A DNA stretch of 64,000 bases from Malacoraja senta (lineage: Eukaryota), in NCBI GenBank assembly GCA_038087875.1, contig CM075987.1:24182001-24246000 (forward strand), read 5' to 3'. A program made the position numbers and the translations under genes. Below are positions 24,160 through 37,700 of this stretch, piece after piece. Each line of letters starts with the position of its first letter. The stretch's first letter is position 1. The notes beneath the pieces are model-generated. The model made no database searches. It saw only the letters and a list, made by a program, of their open reading frames with translations, and was not told the origin of the DNA.

Positions 24160-25652
24160 TCTATCCATATTACTAAAAGTCTGATCTTGACCACTTCCTG
24201 TTATTCTGTATATTAATTTTAGAAAAAACGCTGCCTCTTACGACTTTGATTTTTGAGAGTTCCCCTCCGCTGTGCAGGACAAGAGGATTTTTCCCATCGA
24301 TGAAAAATAAAAGAGTTATTAGTGTTTTAAAAATGTTGAGATTCTCTCTCCTGAAGGCCACGCTCCTTTCGGAGGGACTATAAAACCCGGAAGTGTTGAG
24401 TGCCCCAGTCAGTCTCTGCAAGATGGAGGAGCGAGAGGGTCACGTCTCTCAGTCTGAGGTGTGAATAACACTGAACACATGTCTACTAAACTGTGAGTGT
24501 GGTTTTACTGACCTTGTGTGCCCTTAATGTGGTTTGAAAATGAAAATGTGGTTGGTTTGAAATAGCACAGCAAATGGTTGGTGGTGGTTGGTTTGAAATG
24601 GCAAATGATTAAAAGTCTAAACTTGACAACTTCCTGTTTGCACTGTATATTGACTTTAGATAAAACGCTACCACTTACGGCTGTGATTTTTGGCCATCTT
24701 ACTCAGTCCCCCTCCGCTCATCAGGTGCAGAGGATTCTTCCCATCAATGAAAAATAAAAGTGTTATCAGTGTTTAAAAAATGTTGAGAATCTCTCTCCTG
24801 TCAATCACGCCATGAAGGCCATGCCCCTTCCGGTGGGAGGGGGGAGGGATTATAAAACCCAGACGTGTGGGTGTGGCTCAGTCTCTGCAAGATGGGGGAG
24901 GGAGAGGTCATGACTCTGTCTGAGCTGTGAAACAACTGAACACACTGAATGTCCACTGAAATGTGGTGTTTTTGTGGTGTTTTGTGTGGTTTTATGGTGG
25001 TTTCACCCTGCTTGAAATGGTATGAAACTGCATTTGAATTTGGTGGACTTGCACCCTGCATGAAATGGTATGAAACTGCACTTGAATTTGGTGGACTTGC
25101 ACCCTGCATGAAGTGTATGAAACTGTACTTGAATTTGGTGGCCTTGCACCCTGCTTGAAGTGGCATGAAACTGCACTTGAATTTGTTGGCCTTGCACCCT
25201 GCTTGAATTGGTAGGAAACTGCACTTGAGTTTGGTGGCCCTGCACCCTGTTTGAAGTGGTAGGAAACTGCACTTGAGTTTGCTGGCCTTGCACCCTGCTT
25301 GAAGTGGTCGGAAACTGCACTTGAATTCGGTGGCCTTGCACCCTGCTTGAAGTGGTAGGAAACCGCACTTGAATTTGGTGGCCTTGGACCCTGCTTGAAA
25401 TGGAATTTCAAGGAATAGCCGTGAGCTGCCAGCACATCAGGCTTGAGTGACTGAGCTGCCATCCTAAGAATCCATTTGGCCCTCTGGAAACCAGTCCCTT
25501 CAGCCCACAACACCCATACTAGCGCTCCAGAAAGCCCTCCCCCTCCCCCCCACTGGCCACCAATATTGGAATTGGTGGAGAGGTGGAATATTGCATTGGG
25601 GGACCAGCCCTCCCATGTGAACATGGGACCCAATGGGTCCCACTTAGTCTAG
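24160..25652 (+). mobile_element. Non-autonomous Helitron-like element
   Basis: 5' A|TCTATCCATATTACTAAAAG (TC start at 24160 or 24164); 3' hairpin TGGGACCCA-A-TGGGTCCCA at 25624-25642, then CTAG (25649-25652) followed by T; no TSD; splits a minus-strand CR1 fragment. Confidence 0.8.
25005..25400. repeat. 48-bp minisatellite, about 8 copies, inside the Helitron
   Basis: Unit TGAAATGGTATGAAACTGCACTTGAATTTGGTGGCCTTGCACCCTGCT; explains the 16-aa periodic ORFs (HFKQGARPPNSSAVSY). Confidence 0.95.
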
Positions 25653-27650
25653 TATTATATATATATATGTTATGAATAAAATTATAGCCTAATTTTAGAA
25701 TCTTCTGTCTCCGCTCAAACCTCTGATGTTTTCCGTGGTGTGCTTCAAGTTTGTCCAACCTCTCCTGATAGCTAATACCCTCCAATCCAGTCAGAATTTG
25801 GGTAAACCGCTTCTGCACCCTCTGTAAAGCCTTCACATCCTGCCTGTAATTGGGCGACCAGAAGTGCACACAATGCCTCAAATGCAGCCAAGGAAAAGTC
25901 CTTGAAAGCTGCACCATTACTTGCAGACTCAATGCCGATGAGGGCAAGCATATCATATGTTCTGAAGGTAGACTCAAAATGGTGGAGTAACTCAGCGGGA
26001 CAGGCAGTGTCTCCAGAGAGAAGGAATAGGAGACGTTTCGCTACCAGGCCTTGTCTCCAGAAATGCTGCCTGACCCGCTGAGTCACTCCCTCATTTTGTG
26101 CCTTTAAACCAGCATCTGTAGTTCCTCCCTACACATCAGATTGATTATGACCTTTGAAAAATTGGAATGGGTTTGCAGGTTTGTCATAGAGTCATCCAGC
26201 GTGGAAACAAGCGCTTCGGCCCAACTTGCCCGCACCGACCATAATGTCCCATCTACACCAGTCCCACTTGCCTGCGTTTGGCCCATATCCCACCAAACCT
26301 GTCTTATCCGTGTTGTTTGATGTTCAAGATAGGAGCAGAATTAGGCCATTTGGCCCATTAAGTCTACTCCACCATTCAATCATGGCTGTTCTATCTCTCC
26401 CTCCAAACCCCATTCTCCTGCCTTCTCCCCATAATCCCTGACACCTGTAGCCTACTTTTTCTCAGCCACATGTTTGTAGGTTTATATGCAGTGTAAATTG
26501 GCAACAGTCCCCCCCCCCCCCCCTCCCCTCCCATATAAGTCCTTGAGATCATCTGAGCTTGCTGAATTGTTTGTTCCTTTGGGGCACTAATGGTTATGGA
26601 CCCAAGGATGGAGTGAAGTATGGATTACCCGTGATCTAATTGCATGGTTGAACAAGAATTGCTAGCTGGACAGGATTTAGTCTTTTTTCAGTGTGCACCA
26701 TATTACATGGCACTTAAGCATATAAGTCGGAAGAATGAAAGCTGATCCCAGCTCTGTGTTCAGTGGATTACAATTACCTGGAACTGTTTGCTGTAGTGCC
26801 ACAAATGACAGAAGGTCACATGAAAATGAGGACAAGATCAGTCGTACCCCATTTGCACAGTCTAACGTTTTGAAGATCTTGATCCTTCACTAAGAGGTGT
26901 TCATAAGTGCATGTTCATAAGTGATAGGAGCAGAATTAGGCCATTCGGCCCATCAAGTCAACTCCACCATTCAATCATGGCTGATCTATCTTTCCCTCTC
27001 AACCCCATTCTCCTGCCCTCTCCCCATAACCCCTGACACCCGTACGAATCAAGAATCTATCTATCTCTGCCTTGAAAATATCCATTGACTTGGCCTCCAC
27101 AGCCTTCTGTGGCAATGAATGGGAGGCTCGGATCACGTCAGTTTTAGGGAAATAATAATATACAAACAAGCCAAGGAAATACAACTTTCCAATTAATTGC
27201 AGAACAACTTTCTCAGAGGTTATAAAGAATAAGCTTGCCAACAAGAACAATGATAACTGTTTTTGGATGTGATCACAGAGCAACAAGAAAGGATACTAAT
27301 CCTCAATGCTCAGCCAATTCAAGGAGTGAATGACTGTAATGTGGCCAAACTACCTCAACTGTTCAATGGTACATTATTTGTCACATGTCCAACTTATTAA
27401 ACCACTCCATGGCAGAACCACCTATGATGCCAACCTGCCCACAGAAACACCATGGTATCCCCTTCCTTTATTTCGTCATTTAATACTTTATCCAAAATGG
27501 ATTCCGACAATAGACACAAAGTGCTGGAGTAACACAGCGGGTCAGGCAGCATCTCTGGAGGAAAAGGATGGGTGACATTTCGTCTGAGGAAGGGTCCCGA
27601 CCCAAAGCGTCACCCATCTTTATTCCTCCAGAGAGGCTGCGTAACCCGCT

Positions 27651-27845
27651 TCTTCTTCTTGCGTATGAGGCAGCAGAAGTCTGCAGCAGGGTGATGCCAT
27701 CCGTAGGTGCCCGTCCTAAAAAGGGCGCATGCTCCGGGTTGGCGCCAAGCTGCGGCGCTGCTGCCGTCTCTGCTTGTTGTCGTTCGCCTGACTGAGGTCA
27801 GTTGACAGGGCTCACCAGGGGGAGGTCGACAACATGAGCCCCGCT
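27651..27845 (-). mobile_element. Short GC-rich retroposon with (AAG)n tail (RTE-like 3' end)
   Basis: Minus-strand end CATACGCAAGAAGAAGA; flanked by TAACCCGCT / TGACCCGCT inside a Penelope-derived repeat. Confidence 0.55.
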
Positions 27846-28574
27846 TGACCCGCTGAGTTACTCCAGCACTCTGTGTCCATCTTTGGTATAAACCAGCATC
27901 TGCAGTTCATTCCGACCTCAAAATGGACCCGATTGAGGTTGACAGGAGACTTGGATAACTCGCGTCTGCCTTCATAAGCATCTTCATATCGCCTCTTGAG
28001 CAGGATATTAGTATGGCGTGTTTTCTACTGACTGCAAGTGGCTGCAAACTGAACCCAACAAAGTTCTACCTTTTCTGTTAAGCTTCTGTTAGGCAAAATG
28101 AAACTGAACCCTGGAAGAAATTCAGGCAAATATATCCCAAGAAACCAAATCCATCAATAAAAAATAATAATGCTAATGGTCCAATGATGGTTTGTGAGGA
28201 GCAAACACATCAATCTTTTATGATATCGCATTGATTATAATAAACTCTTAAACTCAACAAAGTAAAAATTAATTTGCTCATAAAATCTCACTCTGCATCC
28301 CCACACATAATTCCTATTCATTCTACGATTAAAATAATCTCTGCCAGAAAACCTATTAATGTTCATGCGACATGACAAAGAAGAAGAACTTTTGAAGGTT
28401 CCGAGGGTCATTAATGCATAACATTACAAAGTGTTAGTCTGTGGTAAAATGCAGTAACAACAATCTCTTCTCTATACTCTCAAGCACAAAGCCAAGAACA
28501 TATATATCGAAAGAACTCTGTATCCAATCCATATTCCAAAATATTCCTAATGCAACTGCAATCATACCCAGATA

Positions 28575-28945
28575 TAGACTTCTCTAACTTCAAGTAACCC
28601 TTGCTTTCCCTCTCTCTCCATCCTCCCCCATCTTACTTCTCCGAACAATCTGACTGTCCTCCTGATTAAATTTTATCTCTGTATGCCTCGTTGTCACCTT
28701 CCCCTAGATAACAATAATATATTCTACATTTTCCTATACGGCATCCCTTTGATGTCCCGTTTTCAAGCCTTGCCCTTCCATATCTCTGTGTCTCTCTCTC
28801 CCCTGACTCTCAGTCTGAAGAAGGGTCCTGAACCAAAACGTCACCCATTCCTTCGATCCAGAGATGCTGCCTGTCCCGCTGAGTTACTCCAGCATTTTGT
28901 GTCTATCTTCGATCTAAACCAGCATCTGCAGTACCTTTCTACGCA
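28575..28945 (+). mobile_element. Penelope-like element 3' fragment
   Basis: GACTTCTCTAACTTCAAGTAA (DFSNFK*), pyrimidine-rich UTR, degenerate hammerhead core at 28815, and the common GATGCTGCCTGTCCCGCTGAGTTACTCCAGC block. Confidence 0.8.
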
Positions 28946-29867
28946 TGCAATCACAGAGATGTATATTTTCACCTTCTGTTCAGTAAACGCTGCTGGAACA
29001 CGTTAGAGATCTGATTGCAAAGACCTCAGAAGGGTCTCGACCCGAAACGTCACCTATTCCTTCGCTCCATAGATGCTGCCTCACCCACTGAGTTTCTCCA
29101 GCATTTTTGTCTACCTTCAATTTTGGGGCAAGATGCATTTAAACTGGGCTGGAACTTATGCTGTTGAATTGGACATCTAGACCTACAGTTAGAACTTAAA
29201 GGAAAAAAGGGGTAGGGTTCAGGTGATTTATGGGAACATCTCAAGGCTATGCGTAATACAACATGTAGGTACATGGGAACCACATAAATAGAAGCTGGAG
29301 TAGACTCTTTGACCCCTCACACCTTCTCTGCTATTGACGGAGATCATGGCACCTTTACTGCAATAACTCCTCATAACATAATGTACAATCAAAAGTGTTT
29401 ATCTCTGTCTGGAATATACTGAGCCTCAATCTCCCTTTGGGTAACTAATTTAATTACCCCCGGAATGAAGAACTTTCTAATCACTTTAGTCCTTGAATTC
29501 TGAGACCAGTCTACATAATCCACGCAGTGGAAACTTCTTCCTGCACCCACCCTGTTATGCCTTGAAATAGTTTTGTGTGTTTCAATGAGGTTACCCTTAT
29601 TTTTAATATAATCTTAATTATAGGCCCACAAACCTCCTAATATTTCCTTACAGAATAAAGTCCCCAACCTGGAATAAATCTAGCGACTCACTGTTCTATT
29701 CCTTCTATCACTCTATCAAATCTATATTCTCTATCACTCTTTGAATCATAGACATGTCCTTCTTTGTATAATGACAGCTGTGTACATTATCCAAGGTCCA
29801 GTTTCACCAAGTCGAAAATTGCAAAGGAAAGACATCTTTAATGCAGATAATCTATCAGTTAATAAAT

Positions 29868-30173
29868 AGGGTGGCGCAGCGGTAGAGTTGCTGCCTTACA
29901 GCGCCAGAGACTCGGGTTTGATCCTAACTACGGGTGCTGTCTGTACAGAGTTTGTACGTTCTCCCGTGACCCTGTGGGTTTTCTACGAGTGCTCCAGTTT
30001 CCTCCTGCACTTCAAAGACATGCAGGGTTGTAGGTTAATTGACTTCGGCAAAATTGTAAACTTGTCCCTAGTGAGTGGGATAGTGCTAGTGTACGGGGAT
30101 CGCTGGTCGTCGCAGACTTGGTGGACCGAAGTGTTTCTATGCTGTATCTCTAAACTAAACTAAACTAAACTAA
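29868..30173 (+). mobile_element. HE1/V-SINE-like SINE (repeated at about 35558-35863)
   Basis: Full consensus with a (TAAAC)n tail. Confidence 0.9.
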
Positions 30174-32734
30174 GGTCAAAGATAGACACAAAATGCTGGA
30201 GTAACTCAGCGGGACAGGCAGCATCTCTGGAGAGAAGGAATGGGTGACGTTCCGGGTCGAGACCCTTCTTCAGACTAAAATAAAGTCAATGCAAGTGAAT
30301 AAAATAAAGTCAATAAACTAGCAAACAGAGATGAATTAAGGATGAATTGATGACACAGTTGACAAGCATTTAAAGTTATGTTTGAAAGATCGCAAAATGT
30401 TCAATTGGAAGCAAAAATTTAGCTGGAAAAGCGATGATCCATGGCAAGTTTAGATGGCTAGGGATGAAAGACCCCAAAGGATTTAAAGTACCCAGAAAAA
30501 GCAGTAGGCTTAAGTTTTGGGTAAGAATGTGAACGAAACGATGAAAGTCAAAAAAATGATAAAGAGGTTATGAAAGTAAATTAGCAGGAAGTTTGAAAGA
30601 AAATCATAAGAGCTTTACAGCGATGTAAGGTGAGAGGAAGTATATAACAGAAATGGTGCTTTCAAGGAGACACAGGGAAAATCATAATAGATGATAAACA
30701 ATTGGTTACAAACATGAAAGAAAAATGTTGCTTCTGACTTCACTGCACAATACATGAAGTAGGATTCAGATACAGATGTGGGCAGAGAAATGGCAGATGG
30801 AGTTTAAACCAGGCAAGTGTGAGGTGTTGCACTTTGGAGGTCAAATGTAAGGGGAAGGTTTACAGGGTATGTGGTAGGACTCTGAACAATATTGATGTGC
30901 AGATGGACCTTGGGGTCCATGTCCATAGCTCCCTGAAAGAAGCAAAACAAGAAGATAGAGTGGTAAAGAAGGTGATTGGTATGCTTACATCAGGGAGCTA
31001 TGTTATGGCTTTGTGAAAGTTTGGTTGGCCATGTTTGGAGTATTGTGATTGTATTTCTCGTTATCCATTTAAGGAGGGTGCAGAAGAGATATACCAGGAT
31101 GCTGCCTGGATTAGAGGGTACTAGCTATAAGGAGAGGTTGGACAAATGGAGTGTTTTATAAGGTCATAAGTAATAGGAGCAGAATTAGGCCATTCGGCCA
31201 TCACGTCTACTCCACCACTCCGTCATGGCTGATCTATCTCTCCCTCCTAACCACTGTCTCCTGCCTTCTCCCCGTAACCCTTGACACCCGTCCTAATAAA
31301 GAATCTATCTATCTATGCCTTAAAATATCCACTGACTTGGCCTCCACAGCCTTCTGTGGTGAAGAATTCCACAGATTCACCATCCTCTGACTAAATAAAT
31401 TCCAGGAATTTATAGGAATTAGTAGGAATCTGAGGGGTAACTTCTTCACACAAAGGGTGGTGGGTGTATGGAACAAGCTGCCAGAGGAGGTAGTTGAGGA
31501 TGGGACTCTCCAATGTTTAAGAAACAGTTAGACAGGTACATGGATAGGACAGGTTTGGAGGGATATGGACAAAGCGCAGGCAGGTGGGAATAGAGTAGCT
31601 GGACATTTTGGCCGGTATGGGCAAGTTGGGCTGAAGGGCCTGGTTCCACACTGTATCACTCTATGACTCTATAATGATCTATTCTACATTTTCTTTGATC
31701 TCCATTCCCTTTGTCCTGTTTTCACACCTTATTCTTCCTTATCTATCAACTCCCTCATTTCACAGCTACTTGAAAAGTGGTTACATGTGATTTTGACTTT
31801 GGTTAATAGTGCAAGTCAGACCACAAATTGGCAGCAGTTTTACAATTCATTCAATATTCATTTCAATTGACATTTGATTTGCCCATTGGCCATGGTACAC
31901 TACTGGCCAAAGTCAAAATAACTTAAAATAGTTTTAGATGCCTGAATTTTGAAAGGGCTAACCTACCAATCCAACTTCCTTTGGTTTAAGAAGGAACTGC
32001 AGATGCCTTACAGCGACAGAGGACCCGGGTTTGATCCTGTCTGCGCAGGGTTTGTACGTTCCCCACGTGGGTTTTCTCCGGTGCTCCGGTTTCCTCCCGC
32101 ACTCCAAAGACATGTGGGTTTGTAGGTTAATTGGTTTCTGCAAATTGTCCCTAGTGTGTAGGATAGAACTGGTGTACAGGTGATCGAGGTCAGCGCGGGC
32201 TAGGTGGGCCGAAGGGCCCATTTGCGCTCTATATCTCTAAAACAAAAACAAAAATCAGCTTCAAAGGGCATAATAAGGTAGATGCTTCATCGTGCTTACA
32301 ATGGATAATCTATCGCACCAACCACATCCTTAATAGTGCTGGTTTTGAGAAATGTTATTCCCCATAGTTTGGCGCTCAGAATTATTTGACGTTACTGGAC
32401 GTAAAATTAGTGCAGTCGAACAATGGTTTAAAATAAACCTTTAGAAATTCAATGCTACATCACATATTTATGCCATACCTAACAATTGTGAGATTCTGAT
32501 GGCCACAATTGAAAGCAATTGCCACAATTTTTGATCAGTGCCAAAACATCACTGTTATTGAGACGGTTATAATATATATATATAGATGCACTCGCCTATT
32601 ACAGAGTAGTGCTATAAATTTTGGAGCCTTCTCTGCTGCTTAAAAACAATTGTCAGAAATTTCCAAACTCCGGAGTCATGGAAAATGTAGTGGGCAAAGC
32701 CAAATTCTCAAAATCCTGCGACTTGGCCTGCTTT

Positions 32735-33055
32735 CAGTTTAATTTAGTTTTGTTTAGAGAAACAGCAAGGAAACAGGCCCTTCAGACCACCGAGTCCGCT
32801 CCGACCAGTGATCCCCGCACACTAAACACTATCCGACACACACTGTCAGAGACAATTTACAATTTTACCTCAGCCAATTAACCTCCAAACCTGTACGTCT
32901 TTGGAGCGTTGGAGGAAACCGGAGCACCCGGAGAAAACGCACGCAGGTCACGGGGAGAACGTACAAACGGCCATGCAGGCAGCACCCGTGGTCAAGTTTG
33001 AACCCGGGTCTCTGGCGCTGTAAGGCAGCTACTCTACCTCTGAGCCACCGTGCCG
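32735..33055 (-). mobile_element. HE1/V-SINE-like SINE (repeated at about 38433-38753)
   Basis: Reverse complement of the consensus. Confidence 0.9.
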
Positions 33056-34579
33056 TCTGACTCAATTTCTTTGGACAAAATTGTATGGAAACTAAAAACT
33101 ACACAACCAAGTGGGAATTCTATTTCTTCGTGTGCCTTTGTGACGATGTGGTGACTGTACATTGGCCCATTTCATAAAATATATTGAACTAATACGCCTT
33201 AAAATAATTTTAGATTTCTGGAAAAGAAACCTCAAATGGGTTACCCTTTTACAACCATATATTGCTGTTATTGGAACAAATGGCTAACATATTTTACCCC
33301 TACTCTCAGATTATTCCCAGCACCCAATGAAAAGAAACACAATGTGTCCCTTATAAAGTAACTCCATCTTAATACTAGCCCATGGCATCATAGAGCCTTA
33401 ACAATAGACATCTGTTTAAATACAAATAATCTTGTTAAGTTGTATTCACCACAGACACGTTGTAATATTTTTTACACAACATTATTTTATTTCGTTGATA
33501 GCCAAGGAGCTGTTTACATCTGAAACCACAGAAAGGCTTTACTACAGATTGATAATTAAGTCAAAGGGATTTTTGCCTTCTCTTTAATTAGCTGTCTGTG
33601 CCTCCATTTGGCAATCGAGTGGATCTGGACACTTTATAGTGAATGGTCAAAAATACTTTAGAGAATAAAACACATCCTTTCAAAACAGACATTGTATCCC
33701 ATAAGCGTGTATGTGGATCCAAAATGCCCGAGACTTTACTTTAAAAGGTTTCTTTCAATACTCATCTCAATATATTGTCATCAGCATGCCTCTGTTAGAA
33801 TTGGTACGTGGAATCAATCTAATTTTGAGCACGTAATCTTTTATATCAACTGCGTATTTAACGTTGTCATCTCACGATTGTTGGCGTCACAACTGATTGA
33901 ATGAAAGCATTGACCCGGCTCGGTGATTCTCCTTTAGAAAACGCAAAGAAAAGCCAGTGCTCAATCCAAGTAAAAAAACATTCTCGTTTCAATCACTTGT
34001 GTCAAATGGATAAGCTCGGAGTTTGGATCCATGCTTGGCACATTACATTAATGTGAGCACATCCTACTGTTCTTTGCGTACAGTGACTAGGAGCTGGTCC
34101 TGACTTGTTTCAACAGCGTTGCATTCAGATCAAGTCCCATTAGTTTGGGCTGCCCCCCACCCCCTCCCACCCTGCTTCATTATAGAGTTCTTTCAATTGA
34201 AGAAACACAAAGAAGCAGAGAGGACACGTCAATTATAAAATCTGCCCTCTCCAACAATTACAGTACAATAAGGAATTTGTTGATTTGATTATCTTTGAAG
34301 TCAAAGCATTGTGTGACACTTGGCACAAGCATTCCTAATGTTCATCTTTTATGCGCATGTTAAGGTGCAGCTGATTTACTTGAATAAAATCTGCTCTGAT
34401 GTGTACATGCGTGAGGTACCAGAAAAAAAAAACTCTTAACAGCTGCATTTTAACCTATGATTCATTTCTGAACTATTCATGTGGCCCTCTCCCCAGTATC
34501 TATCTTTATAAAATATTGCACTAAAACCATACCTAGTCTCTTGATGCCTGACTACAAAGCATCAGGAAAACACATATCC

Positions 34580-34779
34580 NNNNNNNNNNNNNNNNNNNNN
34601 NNNNNNNNNNNNNNNNNNNNNNNNNNNNNNNNNNNNNNNNNNNNNNNNNNNNNNNNNNNNNNNNNNNNNNNNNNNNNNNNNNNNNNNNNNNNNNNNNNNN
34701 NNNNNNNNNNNNNNNNNNNNNNNNNNNNNNNNNNNNNNNNNNNNNNNNNNNNNNNNNNNNNNNNNNNNNNNNNNNNNNN
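34580..34779. other. Assembly gap (200 N)
   Basis: Run of N. Confidence 1.
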
Positions 34780-37700
34780 CTCCAGCATTTTTGTCTACCT
34801 TCAATTTTGGGGCAAGATGCATTTAAACTGGGCTGGAACTTATGCTGTTGAATTGGACATCTAGACCTACAGTTAGAACTTAAAGGAAAAAAGGGGTAGG
34901 GTTCAGGTGATTTATGGGAACATCTCAAGGCTATGGCGTAATACAACATGTAGGTACATGGGAACCACATAAATAGAAGCTGGAGTAGACTCTTTGACCC
35001 CTCACACCTTCTCTGCTATTGACGGAGATCATGGCACCTTTACTGCAATAACTCCTCATAACATAATGTACAATCAAAAGTGTTTATCTCTGTCTGGAAT
35101 ATACTGAGCCTCAATCTCCCTTTGGGTAACTAATTTAATTACCCCCGGAATGAAGAACTTTCTAATCACTTTAGTCCTTGAATTCTGAGACCAGTCTACA
35201 TAATCCACGCAGTGGAAACTTTCTTCCTGCACCCACCCTGTTATGCCTTGAAATAGTTTTGTGTGTTTCAATGAGGTTACCCCTTATTTTTAATATAATC
35301 TTAATTATAGGCCCACAAACCTCCTAATATTTCCTTACAGAATAAAGTCCCCAACCCTGGAATAAATCTAGCGACTCACTGTTCTATTCCTTCTATCACT
35401 CTATCAAATCTATATTCTCTATCACTCTTTGAATCATAGACATGTCCTTCTTTGTATAATGACAGCTGTGTACATTATCCAAGGTCCAGTTTCACCAAGT
35501 CGAAAAATTGCAAAGGAAAGACATCTTTAATGCAGATAATCTATCAGTTAATAAATAGGGTGGCGCAGCGGTAGAGTTGCTGCCTTACAGCGCCAGAGAC
35601 TCGGGTTTGATCCTAACTACGGGTGCTGTCTGTACAGAGTTTGTACGTTCTCCCCGTGACCCTGTGGGTTTTCTACGAGTGCTCCAGTTTCCTCCTGCAC
35701 TTCAAAGACATGCAGGGTTGTAGGTTAATTGACTTCGGCAAAATTGTAAACTTGTCCCTAGTGAGTGGGATAGTGCTAGTGTACGGGGATCGCTGGTCGT
35801 CGCAGACTTGGTGGACCGAAGTGTTTCTATGCTGTATCTCTAAACTAAACTAAACTAAACTAAGGTCAAAGATAGACACAAAATGCTGGAGTAACTCAGC
35901 GGGACAGGCAGCATCTCTGGAGAGAAGGAATGGGTGACGTTCCGGGTCGAGACCCTTCTTCAGACTAAAATAAAGTCAATGCAAGTGAATAAAATAAAGT
36001 CAATAAACTAGCAAACAGAGATGAATTAAGGATGAATTGATGACACAGTTGACAAGCATTTAAAGTTATGTTTGAAAGATCGCAAAATGTTCAATTGGGA
36101 AGCAAAAATTTAGCTGGAAAAGCGATGATCCATGGCAAGTTTAGATGGCTAGGGATGAAAGACCCCAAAGGATTTAAAGTACCCAGAAAAAGCAGTAGGC
36201 TTAAGTTTTGGGTAAGAATGTGAACGAAACGATGAAAGTCAAAAAAATGATAAAGAGGTTATGAAAGTAAATTAGCAGGAAGTTTGAAAGAAAATCATAA
36301 GAGCTTTACAGCGATGTAAGGTGAGAGGAAGTATATAACAGAAATGGTGCTTTCAAGGAGACACAGGGAAAATCATAATAGATGATAAACAATTGGTTAC
36401 AACATGAAAGAAAAATGTTGCTTCTGACTTCACTGCACAATACATGAAGTAGGATTCAGATACAGATGTGGGCAGAGAAATGGCAGATGGAGTTTAAACC
36501 AGGCAAGTGTGAGGTGTTGCACTTTGGGAGGTCAAATGTAAGGGGAAGGTTTACAGGGTATGTGGTAGGACTCTGAACAATATTGATGTGCAGATGGACC
36601 TTGGGGTCCATGTCCATAGCTCCCTGAAAGAAGCAAAACAAGAAGATAGAGTGGTAAAGAAGGTGATTGGTATGCTTACATCAGGGAGCTATGTTATGGC
36701 TTTGTGAAAGTTTGGTTTGGCCATGTTTGGAGTATTGTGATTGTATTTCTCGTTATCCCATTTAAGGAGGGTGCAGAAGAGATATACCAGGATGCTGCCT
36801 GGATTAGAGGGTACTAGCTATAAGGAGAGGTTGGACAAATGGAGTGTTTTATAAGGTCATAAGTAATAGGAGCAGAATTAGGCCATTCGGCCCATCACGT
36901 CTACTCCACCACTCCGTCATGGCTGATCTATCTCTCCCTCCTAACCACTGTCTCCTGCCTTCTCCCCGTAACCCTTGACACCCGTCCTAATAAAGAATCT
37001 ATCTATCTATGCCTTAAAATATCCACTGACTTGGCCTCCACAGCCTTCTGTGGTGAAGAATTCCACAGATTCACCATCCTCTGATTAAATAAATTCCCAG
37101 GAATTTATAGGAATTAGTAGGAATCTGAGGGGTAACTTCTTCACACAAAGGGTGGTGGGTGTATGGAACAAGCTGCCAGAGGAGGTAGTTGAGGATGGGA
37201 CTCTCCCAATGTTTAAGAAACAGTTAGACAGGTACATGGATAGGACAGGTTTGGAGGGATATGGACAAAGCGCAGGCAGGTGGGAATAGAGTAGCTGGGA
37301 CATTTTGGCCGGTATGGGCAAGTTGGGCTGAAGGGCCTGGTTCCACACTGTATCACTCTATGACTCTATAATGATCTATTCTACATTTTCTTTGATCTCC
37401 ATTCCCTTTGTCCTGTTTTCACACCTTATTATTCCTTATCTATCAACTCCCTCATTTCACAGCTACTTGAAAAGTGGTTACATGTGATTTTGACTTTGGT
37501 TAATAGTGCAAGTCAGACCACAAATTGGCAGCAGTTTTACAATTCATTCAATATTCATTTCAATTGACATTTGATTTGCCCATTGGCCATGGTACACTAC
37601 TGGCCAAAGTCAAAATAACTTAAAATAGTTTTAGATGCCTGAATTTTGAAAGGGCTAACCTACCAATCCAACTTCCTTTGGTTTAAGAAGGAACTGCAGA

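Noticed and set aside
25005..25400. CRISPR-like array
   Set aside because: Units are contiguous with no unique spacers, there are no cas genes, and the context is eukaryotic.
24801..25633. ORFs of 121-213 aa with a 16-aa repeat
   Set aside because: They result from the 48-bp minisatellite being open in several frames; there is no other coding evidence.
34481..34970. ORFs spanning X runs
   Set aside because: Artefacts of the 200-N gap.
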